A DNA stretch of 64,000 nt from Tubulanus polymorphus (lineage: Eukaryota > Animalia > Nemertea): assembly GCF_964204645.1 (NCBI RefSeq), contig NC_134028.1, forward strand, positions 22,440,345 through 22,504,344. The letters are read 5' to 3'. Under the pieces are notes generated by a model. The model saw nothing but the letters and a program-made list of their open reading frames with translations. It searched no databases and was not told the origin of the DNA. The translations under genes were made by a program, and so were the position numbers. Positions 49,346 through 63,500 of this stretch are shown in pieces. Each line of letters begins with the position of its first letter. Within the stretch, counting starts at the first letter, position 1.

Positions 49346-52300
49346 CGTAGACACATACGTCACTTTCAGACTTGTTTATCTATATTACTTCTATTTATGT
49401 TTATGTATGACGTACGCATCAACGCGCGTTATCTGGCAATAACAACACTGGCCATGAACTCCAGCTTCCGTACATCTAAACTACTAAACTATCTGCACAA
49501 CAGGGCCCGTGACAGAACTATACATAGATAGCAAACTAGTAAAGTACCGATATGATCATTTCGAAACGTAAGCGTTCCGTGCCCGAATAGGGGTCCATTT
49601 TCTTTTGAATATAGTTCATTCCTGAAGATGAATTATGTAATTTATAGTCAGCTTTGAGGAAACTTTCCGGACTTCATCTTCTCGATTGATACGTGTAGGA
49701 TTCTATATATAAAGTCAAATATATTTAACAAATTTATTTTCGGTCCTATTCGTGAAGCATGGTCGACATGGTCGGAAATCCAGAGCAGCTGGAAAATAGT
49801 GACGACTCGACTAGCAGCTTCGGATACCAAAACCGGGGACTGTCTTTATTTTACGCACAAACTGTTTATATACATTGAGATACAAGCATGTGTAGACAAT
49901 ATGGAGAGTTTAAAAAAAAACCAAAGAAACCAGAAACCAAGAGCAATCACACGCAGACATAGAGATGATAGATGAAATATACAACAAGAATAGCTGCTGA
50001 TGATTATCATCAGTGACTTTTGGTGTTGTTAAATACATACGTGGAAATAATATGGAGCTTCTCGGCGTTATCACGAGAACGATTCTACAGACATCGCACC
50101 GCACCGCGACGCCCACCTGTACTGTTTACTGCTGGCTATTAATGATAAACTTGTTATGGGAGTAAACACAGTCGCGTACAAATGACTGATTGTCACCGGG
50201 TCAATTTGGTCCACGTCGTCGACGAGCTGGATTTTTTTTTGTACGGGTGGTATCGTATTGAATCGAGGCTGCGGCTAATGTACAATGATGTCTGGGTGTG
50301 AGACGACTCAACGTTGTGTGTGTCGTCAGAAAGCGCGCACTTCTTTCCGATCAATTAAGAATTTATATCGCGATCACTATAACGAATATACGAATGACGG
50401 CCGTCGCTTCATGCGTCGATCAGATCGATCGCGATGAATTGCAAGCGTCGCTAATTTCACTGAGTTCATCGACCTCTCCAAGTGGAACGGCTTTAATCAA
50501 CTGCACTTTTAAATATGTCATTCACGCCGAAAATGAAAAAAATGATGAAAAAAATTTTTTCAACAGCAGTGTCTGGACGATGTATCTCCCCGCACCGCTA
50601 CTGTGGCAATCGAGGATTCCACATATGGCAGGCGAGGGTCCGCCAGTTTCGCTGCTTAAATAGTTGGCCTCTTCAAGATTTCAATTATAACTGAATGAAC
50701 CTTTTCTTAAACGAATAAATCATTAATGAAAACTATACCGATATCTGAGTATAAAGATGAATACATTGTATATTTGGTGGTGCTGTGATAATATATGGAT
50801 TCGGGAGTCAGTTCAAAGTTTATTGAAAACGAACTAATTTTGACAACGTAAGACCTACTGCACGTCGAGCCATCTGGTGGAATAGCTGATGATGCGGGTT
50901 GCCCATTAGGTAAGTCGTGATATAAAAACGACTGGTATTGATAGTATTTTGGATTCCGTTCAAGCCGCTTCCGATTGCGTCGTTTTTTTACGCAACTCTA
51001 TCAAACAAGCATTAATTAGCCGAATACCGTGAATATGGTACACGATGACCTTTAGTATTTAATGAAATCCGCTTGTCTAATGGGTTTGAGCTCCGTTATC
51101 GATACGGTATATCGTGTTTGTCTTTCCCGCGATGGCCAAGCCGATTTGTACGCTGGAAAAAAAAACGACACGAGGATGTTGGTCGCCGTAAGGGATTACT
51201 GTCGAGAATGAACGGCGTCCAGTACGAAATGATAGATGGTCACGCGAGCGACTGATTGCTCGATTAGTTTGTCGTCTTGTTTTTATAGGCGAAGCTCCTG
51301 AACAGAACCGCTGACTATTACAGATATCCTCCCCGACGAAGGAAAGAGCGTTTTACGCGGGCGGAGGACGTCACCGACTCTCAGGATTGACGGTTCTGTC
51401 GGATGTACGAAAACATTGTAAAAGTTGTCATTCGTCATGTGTAAATGCGCCGTTAGACAGAAAAATGGGCGGGGAGGTTTTTTAAAACTTGACCCAAGTT
51501 GCTCCGCGTTGGAAATATACGACGGTATCACTGATAAACATGATACCTTCTCAAAGATCTCGTCCCGGTAGCTGCGTCCTGTCCGGCCACTCGTCCGTGC
51601 CTGCTGTCGATGGCAACAAAAAGACATTTATATGTCAAGGAATTCGAACCACGTTCGGTTAAGAAGCAATTTCCGCCATGCGACAATCAAGTGGTCCTCC
51701 AAATAAACGTTTTTTTCTCGTCGAGGGGACGTCATTGATGGTAGGATAGTCAACTCATTACGTTGCCAGCAACGTGCAAATATAACCACAACGCTAAAAC
51801 CCGGCCGTTCCTGTTGATAGAATCTTAAAATCCTGAAAATTGTGCCGCTCGCGGGTAGATATCACTCAACTTGAATAGTGACGTGGAGCAGTCAGTGCTT
51901 TATAGGATTTGAGAAGATCAAACTCAGAGCATTTTGGTTCTAAGGCCATTCACCAAAACGTAAAGATTTTTGAAGTTTCTAAGATCAAGAACTGGTTTTC
52001 TTGAAATGCATATGAAAACATCTAAAATGATTTTATGACGGGCTAGCCATTTGTGAAATCGAAAGATTCCAAAACCTGGAAAATCAGAAATGGGCTTGTA
52101 TCGATGTTATATTTTCAAAAGGTTTCGTTTTATGATATTATGAGCTTTGCTTTTTACGAATCATCAGCTAACGCACAACAGATTCGTCTATTTATACATC
52201 TCATGTCATGTCAGACCAGTGATTTCGGGCCTTTCGGGCACCTCAAGACCAGCATTTAGAACTAACGAGCATTCTGTAAATTCGACTGCTGATCACACAA

Positions 52301-55300
52301 ATATATCTGTACTTCGATTTCCGATTTATAAATCAAATCCCCTGTTTCGCTCCCGGCAGGTGTGATGGGACTGTATAAGGAACACAGATCAAATCAAAAC
52401 ATATCAAACCAATAATCGAAGGAGTCCCAAAAATTTAATTTTATACGATGCAATCTATTAAAACGAAACCACAACGTTTCCAGCCATCTTCGGGTGGAAT
52501 GACCAGAAACAAAAGTAACGTAGCATATAAACACACAGAACATTAACAAAAGCGATGTGTAAGAACAAATCTAAACAAAACAAGTGACAAATGAAAACAA
52601 CCAGGGGTACCGTAGAACCACACAATTATAAAAACCGTTCAGAATGAATACAAATTTTGTAACTAACTGGAGTAGAAGGGAGTAGGGTCCACTTCTATTT
52701 TAAGATCGAAAAAAAACAGAAGATTTTGACTCTAAATTGAAGTTATTCGCGAATGCCCAGCTGAGCCTTGGTGACGTGAATAATACGAATTGTACCTTAA
52801 TTAACTTTCTGCCGTTCTTTCGCCACGAAATTGACACTGATCCTGACAGGTGTAGAATGAAAATTGATCCGTCACGTCCGTTTTAGCGGCTGAATTAAAT
52901 AAAGTCATACCCTGAAATCGAGTGTCTAGCGTTAATTCACTATATCTATATAAAGTACTTTATACAGTAGAGACATTTATGAATGACTATAGCGTCTCGG
53001 GGATCATCTTTACAATAGACCCCCGCGACTGACCTGAAAGTATATAATTAGTTTTCTTGAACGCGCGAAGAAATGCAAGGAACTCATTGTACAGGACTCA
53101 CCGAGCGAAAGAGTCAAGGGATTATGCACGTTTGATACTTTTGAAAACGGGTATTATTCTACGGTGTAATCGTGGTCAAAGCGCACGCCTCCCGGTGAAG
53201 CACCTTAATTATTCAATTTTAAACGTAAAAACCCCATAATCGTAAAATGATAGCGAAATCTCACAATACATGAAGAAATGTTCGGTGCCCCGTAAAGATT
53301 TACTGCATTTGGTTGAATACTAAGTTCATCCAAATAAAGTTAATAGTCGAATAACGATATTATTTTTTAGTCCGCAGAATTCGCGATAAGCCGATATCAT
53401 TGTACGAACAAATTTACAAAAATGTTTAGCACTTGCTTTCGACAACGGAATTCAGCCTTATATCTATATGGATATCGAGTGTAAAGTGTATATGTAAACT
53501 GTATTTGCGCTTGATATTCAAACGGAATATTTGCACACCGACGAAGTCGACGAAACGGATCGCGTGACCGACCGACAGTTTCGTCCGCGTCCACTTATCT
53601 TTCCGGCAATCTACGCCTACATTATTAGTGATTACTTCGACGAGAAACGAAACACAATTTCACGCGTCGCGCCGTTAAACAATAGCCTCGCACGGAATAG
53701 TAGAAATATCGCGACATCGTGAAAAGAACGCCACACTTCTAGAGTTGCGAGATCCCGAAAAAAAATGATACACACAAAATAATCCTATTTCCATCAATGC
53801 CTCGTGGTATTCAACGTAATGAAACCGTGATGAACTTAGAATATATCACATATCTATAGTTCATTTACCTATCTATCAATGAGCAGAACAAGAGAAATAA
53901 CTTGTTTTGAAATGTACCTTGAAAGACTAGTGAACTGATATGAATCTCAGTATAGTTGACGAATAAAAACCCACACAGTAAATTTGTAGAAACAGTTTAT
54001 TTCTTAACAGTTTCGAGATTAAAACTAAACCTCATCTTCAGAGGAACAAACAATACAATGAAAATGCAATAAACTGTGTCTACTAATCTACTCTGGGTTT
54101 ATACGTGTACGTTGAAAGATTTTACCCACTAAGGAGAATTTTGCTGTTACACATGAGAAGGCGAAGAGTTTTTAGTCATAGTTATATTGATGTGCAAGAG
54201 GTCGTATCGGAAGTAGTTCACTGTCATTTTCCGTCCGAAATGACGTATGTGAACGATTTCAAGTTCAAGTTTGAATTCATTCCACGGAAATCATAACAGG
54301 CTGTATAGTATACAGAGATTAAAGAAGAGAAAAAAACAATGAAATTTATTACAATTTTTTTCAACGAGTACAATTATGAAAAAAGAAAGCAAGGCAAAGC
54401 CTTAAGGGCTACTGTCGCTATACTAGCAACCAAAAAGAGGGGAAAGGGAATAAGGTCACGAGAAAAAATGGTCGGCAAAACGAAATATGTCGTCAAAAAG
54501 TCATAATATATGTCGACGTATTCATGTCGACTTGATGCGATATATGGCGATAAGTCGACATAATTATGGAAACTTGCTGAGCTGAATGTTGGCACGCGAC
54601 AGCTAGAGGCCCTCGTCGCTTCCGTAGAAGACAGTCAGATAACTTCAGCTGTACGTAACATACTAGTAATAGATAGACAGTGTTCTGTAACTCATAAATT
54701 ATGTATCATTACGACATTGCTTACCACATAATGGTAACCGCGCGCGCCTTATGTATACAGAGTTTTAATGCCTTTCGACAAATGCGAATTCATCCGCAAA
54801 TGAACGACGTTTGGTTGATTTATTAATTGAATTACATCATCCGATTTAATGAATTGATTATTGATAATCTGTGCGCCGACGGCTGTCGAGTGGATAGTTG
54901 CGCTTATCGAATTATGGCCGCGCCGTAACCTACTTAACCCTAACCACGGTATGCGTCCGTGTGCGTGTACTGCGGCTGCCCTGCCCGCAGTGCGACCCGC
55001 GCAAATAACTCGGCCCTCACTGGTGTCGTATTAACAAAATTGAACCTATTAGAATATTACCGATACTAATGGATAATATCTATACAAACTCTCCGACTAA
55101 TAGACAATATACATGATGTATAGATTCGTGCTGAAAATATAGCGAAATAATTCACTATGAAAAAGAAGGCGAATCCAATGACACTTCCGTAAGAGACCTT
55201 CCAGTTCTTGGACCAGCGTTTATGAAGCAACCCGCTACCGGGTCCATCGTCTTTAAAACCCTGCGTTACTGAGCCCTAAAGGCATCCGATATTTTCATCA

Positions 55301-55912
55301 ACCCATTAGGCCATAGTGTGTTATGTAGGAAATCGAAGAATCTTTCTACAAATCTATTCATAATCTGTGGCCGATTCGGGCCCAAATCTTAATCATGTTT
55401 CTTTTCATTCGACCGGTATAAGCCACCGTGTGTAGATCTCCTTCAAGTGCCATTTCGTAAAAAGAATATACTGAAAGGAATGATATTTGTTTCGGGTGAA
55501 AACATTTCGATTACGTGTCTTCCTCGGCGAAATCTGCAGGTGAAATGACGCTTTAGAGACTATTTTTCGAGGCAAGCAACGCATAAGTTACGTTGTCTCA
55601 ATGATCCGATCTACTGTCACTGAAGGGCATCGATTCAATTTTTGGAAACCGTACAAGATGGAGAAAACAACATGTAGCGTTATCGATGTGTTCAGTATCA
55701 AGCGGACATTCATCAGGTGCAACTAAAACCACCTCAATGCAGGAAAAAGCCCCCGTATATTTAGATGAGGCTGGTTCGAGTAAAGTACATAAAAAGCAAT
55801 TATGCCCTCTTGCCCAGTTGTCTCACGGTGGTCATAATATGCCTTAAACTTCATTAACACGTAACTGAGTATTTATTCACTCGATTCTAATCCATGTTAA
55901 GGAGACGAGACA

Positions 55913-56240
55913 TCCTCCCACGGCAGGGATTCGAACCTGATGGCATCGAGATTGCCACATTACGAAACCCTGCCACACTAGACCGAGTGCGCAGAAACAC
56001 GCGCAGCTTAGAAGATGTCATTATTGGCTAATCAGAAATCCCGTTTTATTTCTAGCTCGGGTTTTCCCATTCAAGAGTTCCTCCGTGAAATTTGCCTCAG
56101 CGATTATACAATGAGCAATCTGATTGGTTTCGTGCGGCAAAGCTGTGTATGTACCTGCGCACCCGATCTAGTTTGACAGGGGTTCGTGCCGTGGCTGAGT
56201 GTAGCGATACCATCGGTTCGAATCCCTGCCGAGGGAGGGG
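55913..56240. mobile_element. Inverted pair of tRNA-like SINE heads forming an imperfect ~330-bp palindrome
   Basis: cctcccacggcagggattcgaacc...gcagctt mirrors aagctg...ggttcgaatccctgccgagggagg; both arms carry a B box. Confidence 0.65.
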
Positions 56241-59180
56241 AATGTTTGCCAATATCTAAGGATGGGCCGCTTCGTTGATTCAAAACCATATCTACGGCAA
56301 GAGTTAGAAATCCCTTTGCCGTCCTGTGTCCCCGCGGTCATACATTCTCAAACATTACGCCAGCGTTTGATTCGATCTTTTCATTTCTTTGAAAGAGTTC
56401 CTAAATGCACCAGCTAGCGATCGTCGTCGTTTCGTTTCAATTTCAGTTCGATTTTCGTGTTCGATATCATCTTCACGTGGCGTTTCGCGGATTGATCGAT
56501 ATCCGCCCGAATCGTCGTTTGATGATGTGGCGCGAGGGTTTTTACACGCCGTCGCCGATACGTCTTCAGATAATAAAATACACGAAATTAGTTGGAATAC
56601 GCGGTGCGCATAGAACGCTTCAATAGGTCGCTTCAATGAAATGTTTGACAGTTTTTCAAGAAATCGAATATCTCTAGAAGAGCTCGGGGATCGATTCAAT
56701 CGGCGGTCGACTGTAGCTCGAATGAATAGCGTATGAATGACGGCATCAGGAACGGAGTGTGCCGCCTCGCGATGCGGGCTCAAATCATTAATAGAGATTT
56801 GATTAGTTTTCGAAGGATGATGCGTTTATGATAAACTCGATTATGAAGAAACGAACGAACGATGACATTATAACGAGGTTATTTTAGCAGTGTTAAAAAT
56901 GTACATTTGAATTGAGACATGATTTGAAGTTAGAGGGGATTTTGTGATAATGATAGCTCGGAAATAGCTGTGGAAAGATTGTGTGTCTCGCCAGGTAGAC
57001 TGTTTGCCGATCTCCACCTTCAGTTATTCTGACTGCGAATGCAGGTGGCACAGAATTGGACAGGCGACCAGTCTACTCGCCAGGGAAAGAAACTAATACA
57101 GTATGGGGGGGGTTCGAACCCGGGTGAAGTGAGGCAATGAAATAAAGTATCTTCCCTAAGGAGAGGAAATGAAGTATTGTTGGGCGGGATTCGAACCCAA
57201 GCTCCAACTACACCCGCCCACAACTATACCGATTTGTGTATCTTGAAAAGGAATGATTCTCCTTCATTATCGTTTATATATTTAATTTGATTCATACTTA
57301 TGAACATATCACATCTATAACGATTTTACGACTTAAGCTACCGTTCCGATATACCTCTCTGTATCAGGCTAAAAATCGTACATTGTTTCTCCTAATCGGC
57401 CTCTTCATTTTTGTGAACCGCAACAAAATTTGTAATCAGTTCATTTCTATAGCTTTCGGTTCTGTTATGGTTAACTTGATCACAATTCTAAAAAGTTATG
57501 TACAGATGGGTAGATGGGCGGCCGATCGGGTTTACCCAGCAGAAAGGAGAAGGTATCCATTTTAGTCTTATGAAAAAAGTGAGGATGCTTTAAGAAAACA
57601 GTAAACTAATAGTCATGTACATTTCGACAAAAACCGACTCGAGGTCGATATTCGCATTACAGTTTCTATAGAAAAGAATAGAATGAAACCGCGCCGAATC
57701 GAATTTCCGCAATGTAGTTTGAGATGATTGAAACAAGGTGATATAATGGCATACAATAGAATCACAATACAGGAATGAAGCTATCCGATACATACAGAGT
57801 AATCGGGTACTGAAATATGGATTTCGTCAGTGGAAAAATGAACTGATAGGAAGGAATCATGGAGACACGTACCTTTCGAATTTGCGAAATCCTCAACCGT
57901 GTACATGCAGTAAGATAGAATGATGTATCAGTATTCGCGGTGGCTGCGGTAAGACAGAATAGAAGCAACGTTGAGAGTGATGAATATAGAGAAACAAGTC
58001 GAGATTTCTGCGTATATTAGTCACAAAATAACCGGAAAAATGGCACATAGCGGTGACGTCGTTGTCGTCGTTTTTGATATCTGGTTATTCGATGACGGAT
58101 GTTATTTTCGTGATGTTCGCGCGAGGGGAAACACCGAGTTGCCCCTCGGGACCGAACGCCCCCATAAACACCGGTGTAAACCGAGTATTCGGCGGCTAAA
58201 GCGAATGAGCACGATCACCGTGATTTTATTATCGGATTCGGTGATTCCCTGTTCTCGGAATCGTCGCGGCCGGATTTGATTCGGATGGATTTCTCGGTAA
58301 ACAAACCGATGAATTTTTCGACAGAGAAGATGCAAGCTATATACTGTGGCAATCGAGGATCCGCCAGGTGCGCTAGTAGTTACTCGGTGTTTTCCGCGTT
58401 CAATTTCCTTCTACATTTCAATTAAAATCGAATTTGTAACTGTTTCAATCATTTACCAATGAAAGTCTCACCAAACAACGAGTAGAATAGTAAATTAATC
58501 CAGACACTGTAGTGCAGCTACTTAACACGTTGTGCAGCGAAGAGAAAAAGGTTTACTTCAAGGTTTTATAGGAGTGGCCAATTAAAAGATTTATCAAAAT
58601 ACTTATTTCTAACGTATGTTCGCGAGATCGCTATCGTTGAGGGCGTCACGTGGAGAACCGAGATAAGAAACTGAATCCTATCAGATATTATATCGTATTT
58701 ATGGCGTCAGATTCAATATCCCACGTTTTCTCTGGCGTGAACGACGACCGCGCGAATACAATTTGTCGAAGTAATGAAATATAGACTATTCATTTTGACG
58801 ATTTAATACATTCACCTGTTGGCATTCAATGAAAATAATGTGTTTTATCTGTATTGTATTTGGCGTTAAATTGTCGCCAGTTCGACAGCGCTGTGACACG
58901 CGCCATGTCAAATATCACGTTTGACGCCTAGATTGTATAGACATAAGCTTGTCACAAAATGTCTTTCGCATATTTGGATTTCTCTTTGAACAAACCGACG
59001 GTGTATTTTTTTCTGTAATTCCACAGATCTGGATTTAAGTTTGACTGATTTGGTAGATTAAACTTATGTTTGTACATGAACTAATCTGAACCCGATGCCA
59101 AATGCTGATTATGTGTTTTTCCCCTTGAGTAAGATGCAAAAATTCACGTTTGGCGATGATGTTAAAGGGCCATGTCCCGT

Positions 59181-59412
59181 ATCGGAAGCGCCAGGGGTCT
59201 CTAGTTGACGAGTCGACATTTGACGGACTCGTCGAAATGTAAGATGAAGTCATGAATATGTTGACTTGTCGCGAAAAAAGTCGACAAAACGTCACGACAT
59301 GTCGACATATTATCATGTCGACTTGACGCGATTAATCACGATATGTCGACATTGTTATGAAGACTTTTTGAGTTGGCACGCGACATTTGGAGTCTCCTTA
59401 TCGCTTCAGTAG
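59181..59412. mobile_element. MITE with ~30-bp TIRs and internal GTCGAC subrepeats; second partial copy at 54455-54627
   Basis: Left cggaagcgccaggggtctctagttg is the approximate reverse complement of the right end cagctagaggccctcgtcgcttccg seen at ~54600-54624; shared catgtcgacttga(c/t)gcgat body. Confidence 0.65.
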
Positions 59413-60364
59413 AGCAACGATCATTCATACTTTCAGCCTTGATCGAAACGCTGTATTGATAAGATGATCGTTTAATCTGACGTCAGTACATGGTTTTTTT
59501 TTAAATGATCCCGACGTCGCCGTTAAGAAACAACACGTGTCGATGGTACATAGAGATAATTAGTTAATTCATACGACATACAACAGCTGTGGCTCTTGCA
59601 TAATAACCCATCATAAACAAGAGATATACGCGGCGCATGCTCTTTCCGTTAACGTTTTCTCTCAATTTGAAATTCAAATTCGCTGCGTACACTTTTAATT
59701 ACGTTTTAAGCGTGTAGCTCGCATAAAGCGGTTAAACTTGTTTGCCCGCGTCCGTTTCTGAGCATTAATTGAATCGAGTTCTAAATCGCGAATTCATTCG
59801 GAGCCTCGCGCTATTCAAACTCCGTATCGCAATATCGATCGAATAGCCGTTATCGAACCGTTATTTCAAAAACCGCGGGATAAAGCGATAAAAAATACAT
59901 TACGAGTTCTTAAATCAAATTGAAATCGTCGTATGCGGCAGGCGAACGCGTTCACCTTTCGCTTTTCAAGTCGTAACCTTAGGATTTTTCTTGAGCGAGG
60001 GCAAATATATAGGCAAAGAGTTCATTGCTCTCATTTTGCGTATACAACCTGTTGCTAGCACTATATTCTTCATAGCCATATATCATGTAATACAAAATAC
60101 ACCGTTTATATTATATTGTATGCAAATTAAATTTATCAATGAAAAATATAGTTATTTATCAATAAAAAATTAATTTTTCGACGATTGATACATACGGTAA
60201 AGACTTTCAAAAATAATTGTAATGATAGGAATTATGAAGTTGGCAATTTATTTGTGATAAGTCAATGTGCAGCTGATTCCATTTCTGTATGTAAAGTATG
60301 AATATACTTCGCCTAACTTGGACAAACTGGGACCGGTGTCATAGAATGAAATGCCTCCCTTTAT

Positions 60365-60815
60365 ATATCATATATAAACTTTATTGTCAAAGTATTACAG
60401 CTTTTATGACAAAATTAACACGATATCATAATTAATTGACGACAGACAGTCAGGGTTCTCGAAACCATGTAGGTTGAAAACCGTTTACAAGTGAATAATT
60501 ACTTGGAGAACTTACAACACAAAACAAAAAAGGAGAGTAGATAACTACATATGCTTGAAGATACAAACAGTTGGCGTTCAAGGGGTATTCAGTTACTAAT
60601 CGAGTATCTCGGACCAACGCCCCAGACGCCTATCTTTTCAACTTCATTCTATGTAGGTACATCAACAGGTTTTTCGAGTAATCTGGCTCATTCATAAACT
60701 TTGCAACTGTGTTTAGATTGAGGTTGGTGGATATATTAGCAGGAAGTAGTTCACTTCTTTCTCTGTTGTAAAAGGGACGAAATTCATCTTCAATCACTTG
60801 TAAATTACAAAATAT
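60365..60815 (-). mobile_element. Non-LTR retrotransposon 3' remnant (degenerate C-terminal zinc-knuckle region and 3' UTR)
   Basis: IFCNLQVIEDEF..PFYNRERSELLP..KFMN resembles CxxC..IEDExHF..CxxY..R of LINE ORF2 ends, with a deletion; AATAAA and a short repeat tail on the minus strand near 60365-60385. Confidence 0.55.
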
Positions 60816-63243
60816 ATATGCCCCTTGCAATAGATCTCAGGATTAAGGGCTAGGGTCAGCAGCTCCATTGTAACTGCCCACGCTATGAGCCTACTCAATA
60901 ATCCGTCGATCTATCGTTGGAAGGCACCTGACATCTGATTCTACCGGCAAAATCTGTCCTGGCAAAAAGGTAAAAAGAAGTTCGAGCCCAGGATCGAAAA
61001 ATACGTCAGAAAATTATTTTTCTTTTATACCCGAGTGAGTCGAAAATCCCCCCGAGTTGGCCGTGCTCTATTGTAATATTACAATGTAATATTAGAATCG
61101 TTTTAAGATGAGTAATTTTGAAAACTGAAGAGGACTTGATGATAAATAGCGAAACCATTTAGAAGAATATCTATCGTGTTGGTTGTTTGTTTGATTTTTG
61201 CAGACAAATCGGTGTGGTACATAGCATTAGATTTCATAAATTTCAATTTGTCGTAAATACGTTGTAAATTACTGAAAGTCGACTAAACCCGTAAAATTCA
61301 TATCAATAGTCTGAATCTTATACGCGTCGGAAATAAGCGCCGCGGTACACAATACGATGACATCGTTTGATTTGGGCGGTCGTGTTGTTCAAATCTGTCG
61401 ACCGAATTAAGCCTTTAACAGGCATAAAATAAATAAACCCTTTACGCGACCGAATTAAACATTTAAGCGCAATAAAACAAATCCCCTACCATTCTCTGGG
61501 CAAAATATTCATTCCGCGTGAACGCGTTCTTGCAAAGTTTCGAATCAATCTCGTGCAAAGGCACTAATAACACCTTAAATCGACCAAGAATTCATTACAC
61601 CGTTGAAAAGATGTCCGGTATACGGGATCAAATCTTCTTTTCAAGGGTAATCGGGCAAACGCAGCGTAAACGATCCCCCTAGAGCATTTTTTATACACCA
61701 CAAATATCAGCCGCGTTACTGATACCCCTGCGAAATGACCTGGAATAATTTTCTATGACTATCATATCCAGGTGCTGAAATATACAATTCTTTATATCCC
61801 GTTCTTTGATTTCAAAATAAAAGCTACTGTTTCTTTCCCGTGTGACTGGTGAATTTGAAAATGACCAAAAATGAGCGTAACGTTAAATTTTGGTTTAGTT
61901 TCTATAATTGTTACATCAGTTTTTTGAACGAGGGTAATATCAAACTTTTTACCAGTTTAACGATAAAACTCGGGGATAAAACGATGCATACGGACCGGGC
62001 ATGGTAAGGGAATTTGCGCAAAACCCCACTATATCCAGATTTAAAAGTTTAAAATCAGGAACATTATTCAATCAAAAATTAGAATGACGTTTCGTACTCT
62101 TACTTGAGACCATCATCTGTAGCCAGTTGCTCAAAGATTTGTTAAAAGTTAACTGGCGGATAGATACTATGGTAACAATGAAATTTAACATGATCAAATG
62201 GCCCCTGGTGTTGATAATTATCTTTAGCGAGAGTTTAAAACTTCGTTCATTTTAATTTCTAATTGAATAAATTCTTAATACGTAAATCTGTATAATTATA
62301 TAGTGGGTTTTTACCTAATTATCTGTCTGTTCCCCACGTTTGAGTTTGGCTATTTCTACCTAAGGTAAGGAAATTGTCAGGGTAAGGATGTATGACGTGC
62401 GGTGAATGGCAAAGATTCATCACTTTCTCAAACGAATGAACACAGAATCGGAATTACCGTTTACCGACAGACGAATGACGCGATACGAAAAAAAGGAAAT
62501 CAACGAAAGCTTCTTGGAAACTAAATGAGCTTTAGCTGAAACACGTTCACTTACTTGTCACTGGCGCTTACAGAGACCCATCCGCAGCGACGAACAAAAT
62601 TAATCCCCGAATTCATCCGATGCGATTCGAAACCGTAAAAATCCGGGCGATCGGAATTTTTACCGCAATGCACAGTCGGCGTGCGAGCGGGTGAATTGTG
62701 CGTCGGTGATTGTGAGCGATAGATGTACTGATTCGTGATTAAGGGGCCTCTTCAATTATCAGTGCGCGTTAAACACTGAAAGGACACCAGCATTGCGAGC
62801 TTTTTAGCCTGTATTAGTCGTAGATGTGATAAACTCTCTCGCGTAGATCTGAATGGTTTAGATAATCACGCGCTGACGCGCGGTTCTAGATTTCCGTGTA
62901 AGGTGTCCGCTTAAATCTGTCGCGTGTACAGACGAATTGCACCACCGCTTCTTAACATAAACAACCAATTAGAAAACTCCGGGCACGCGCTCATTCGGTA
63001 TAGAGCCGGAACTAATTGAAAATGTATTCACATTCGTAGACGGTTTTCTATTCGTTTTTACGATATTACAAGCTGTTGGCGTTCATTTGAATGATATTGG
63101 TTTTCATTTAGAAAAAAAAACGTTAACTGGGTTTCTGTGCTATCAAATCGATTCAATGTGCGTCCGGGTATATACAACGAGCTGGTGACTTTGGATTCCT
63201 GTTGTAATGCACGCGGGTATCTGCCAGGTTTCCTCTATCGTAG

Positions 63244-63500
63244 CAGGCGTGGATCCAGTAGCACCTGAAGATTTTCAGTTTGCCCCCGAAAATCTCTCAC
63301 GTCATACATTCAGTACCACCTGAGGAGATCCAACGGTCCCTATTTTTGTATTTGGTTCTAGAAGCCCAAATGCTTGGAAACTACGTCTTATTTTGAAGAT
63401 GTTCCTTGGAAGGAACTGGCGGATATAGTGTCCCTTTGCAATAATTATTGCCCTTTTCATCGGGTGCTAACCCTGCGTTCAAGCCCTGGATCCGCCCCTG
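63244..63500. mobile_element. MITE with CAGGGGCGGATCC-type TIRs and 5-bp TSD (hAT5-like)
   Basis: caggcgtggatccag / ctggatccgcccctg flanked by cgtag on both sides. Confidence 0.75.

Noticed and set aside
55670-55725. Further hammerhead candidate (minus-strand cacCTGATGAatg..)
   Set aside because: No intact GAAA box or convincing stems downstream.
57100-57220. tRNA genes at GGTTCGAA B-box sites (also ~31985, 32255, 45700, 55930)
   Set aside because: No complete cloverleaf could be folded; these are SINE-like remnants.
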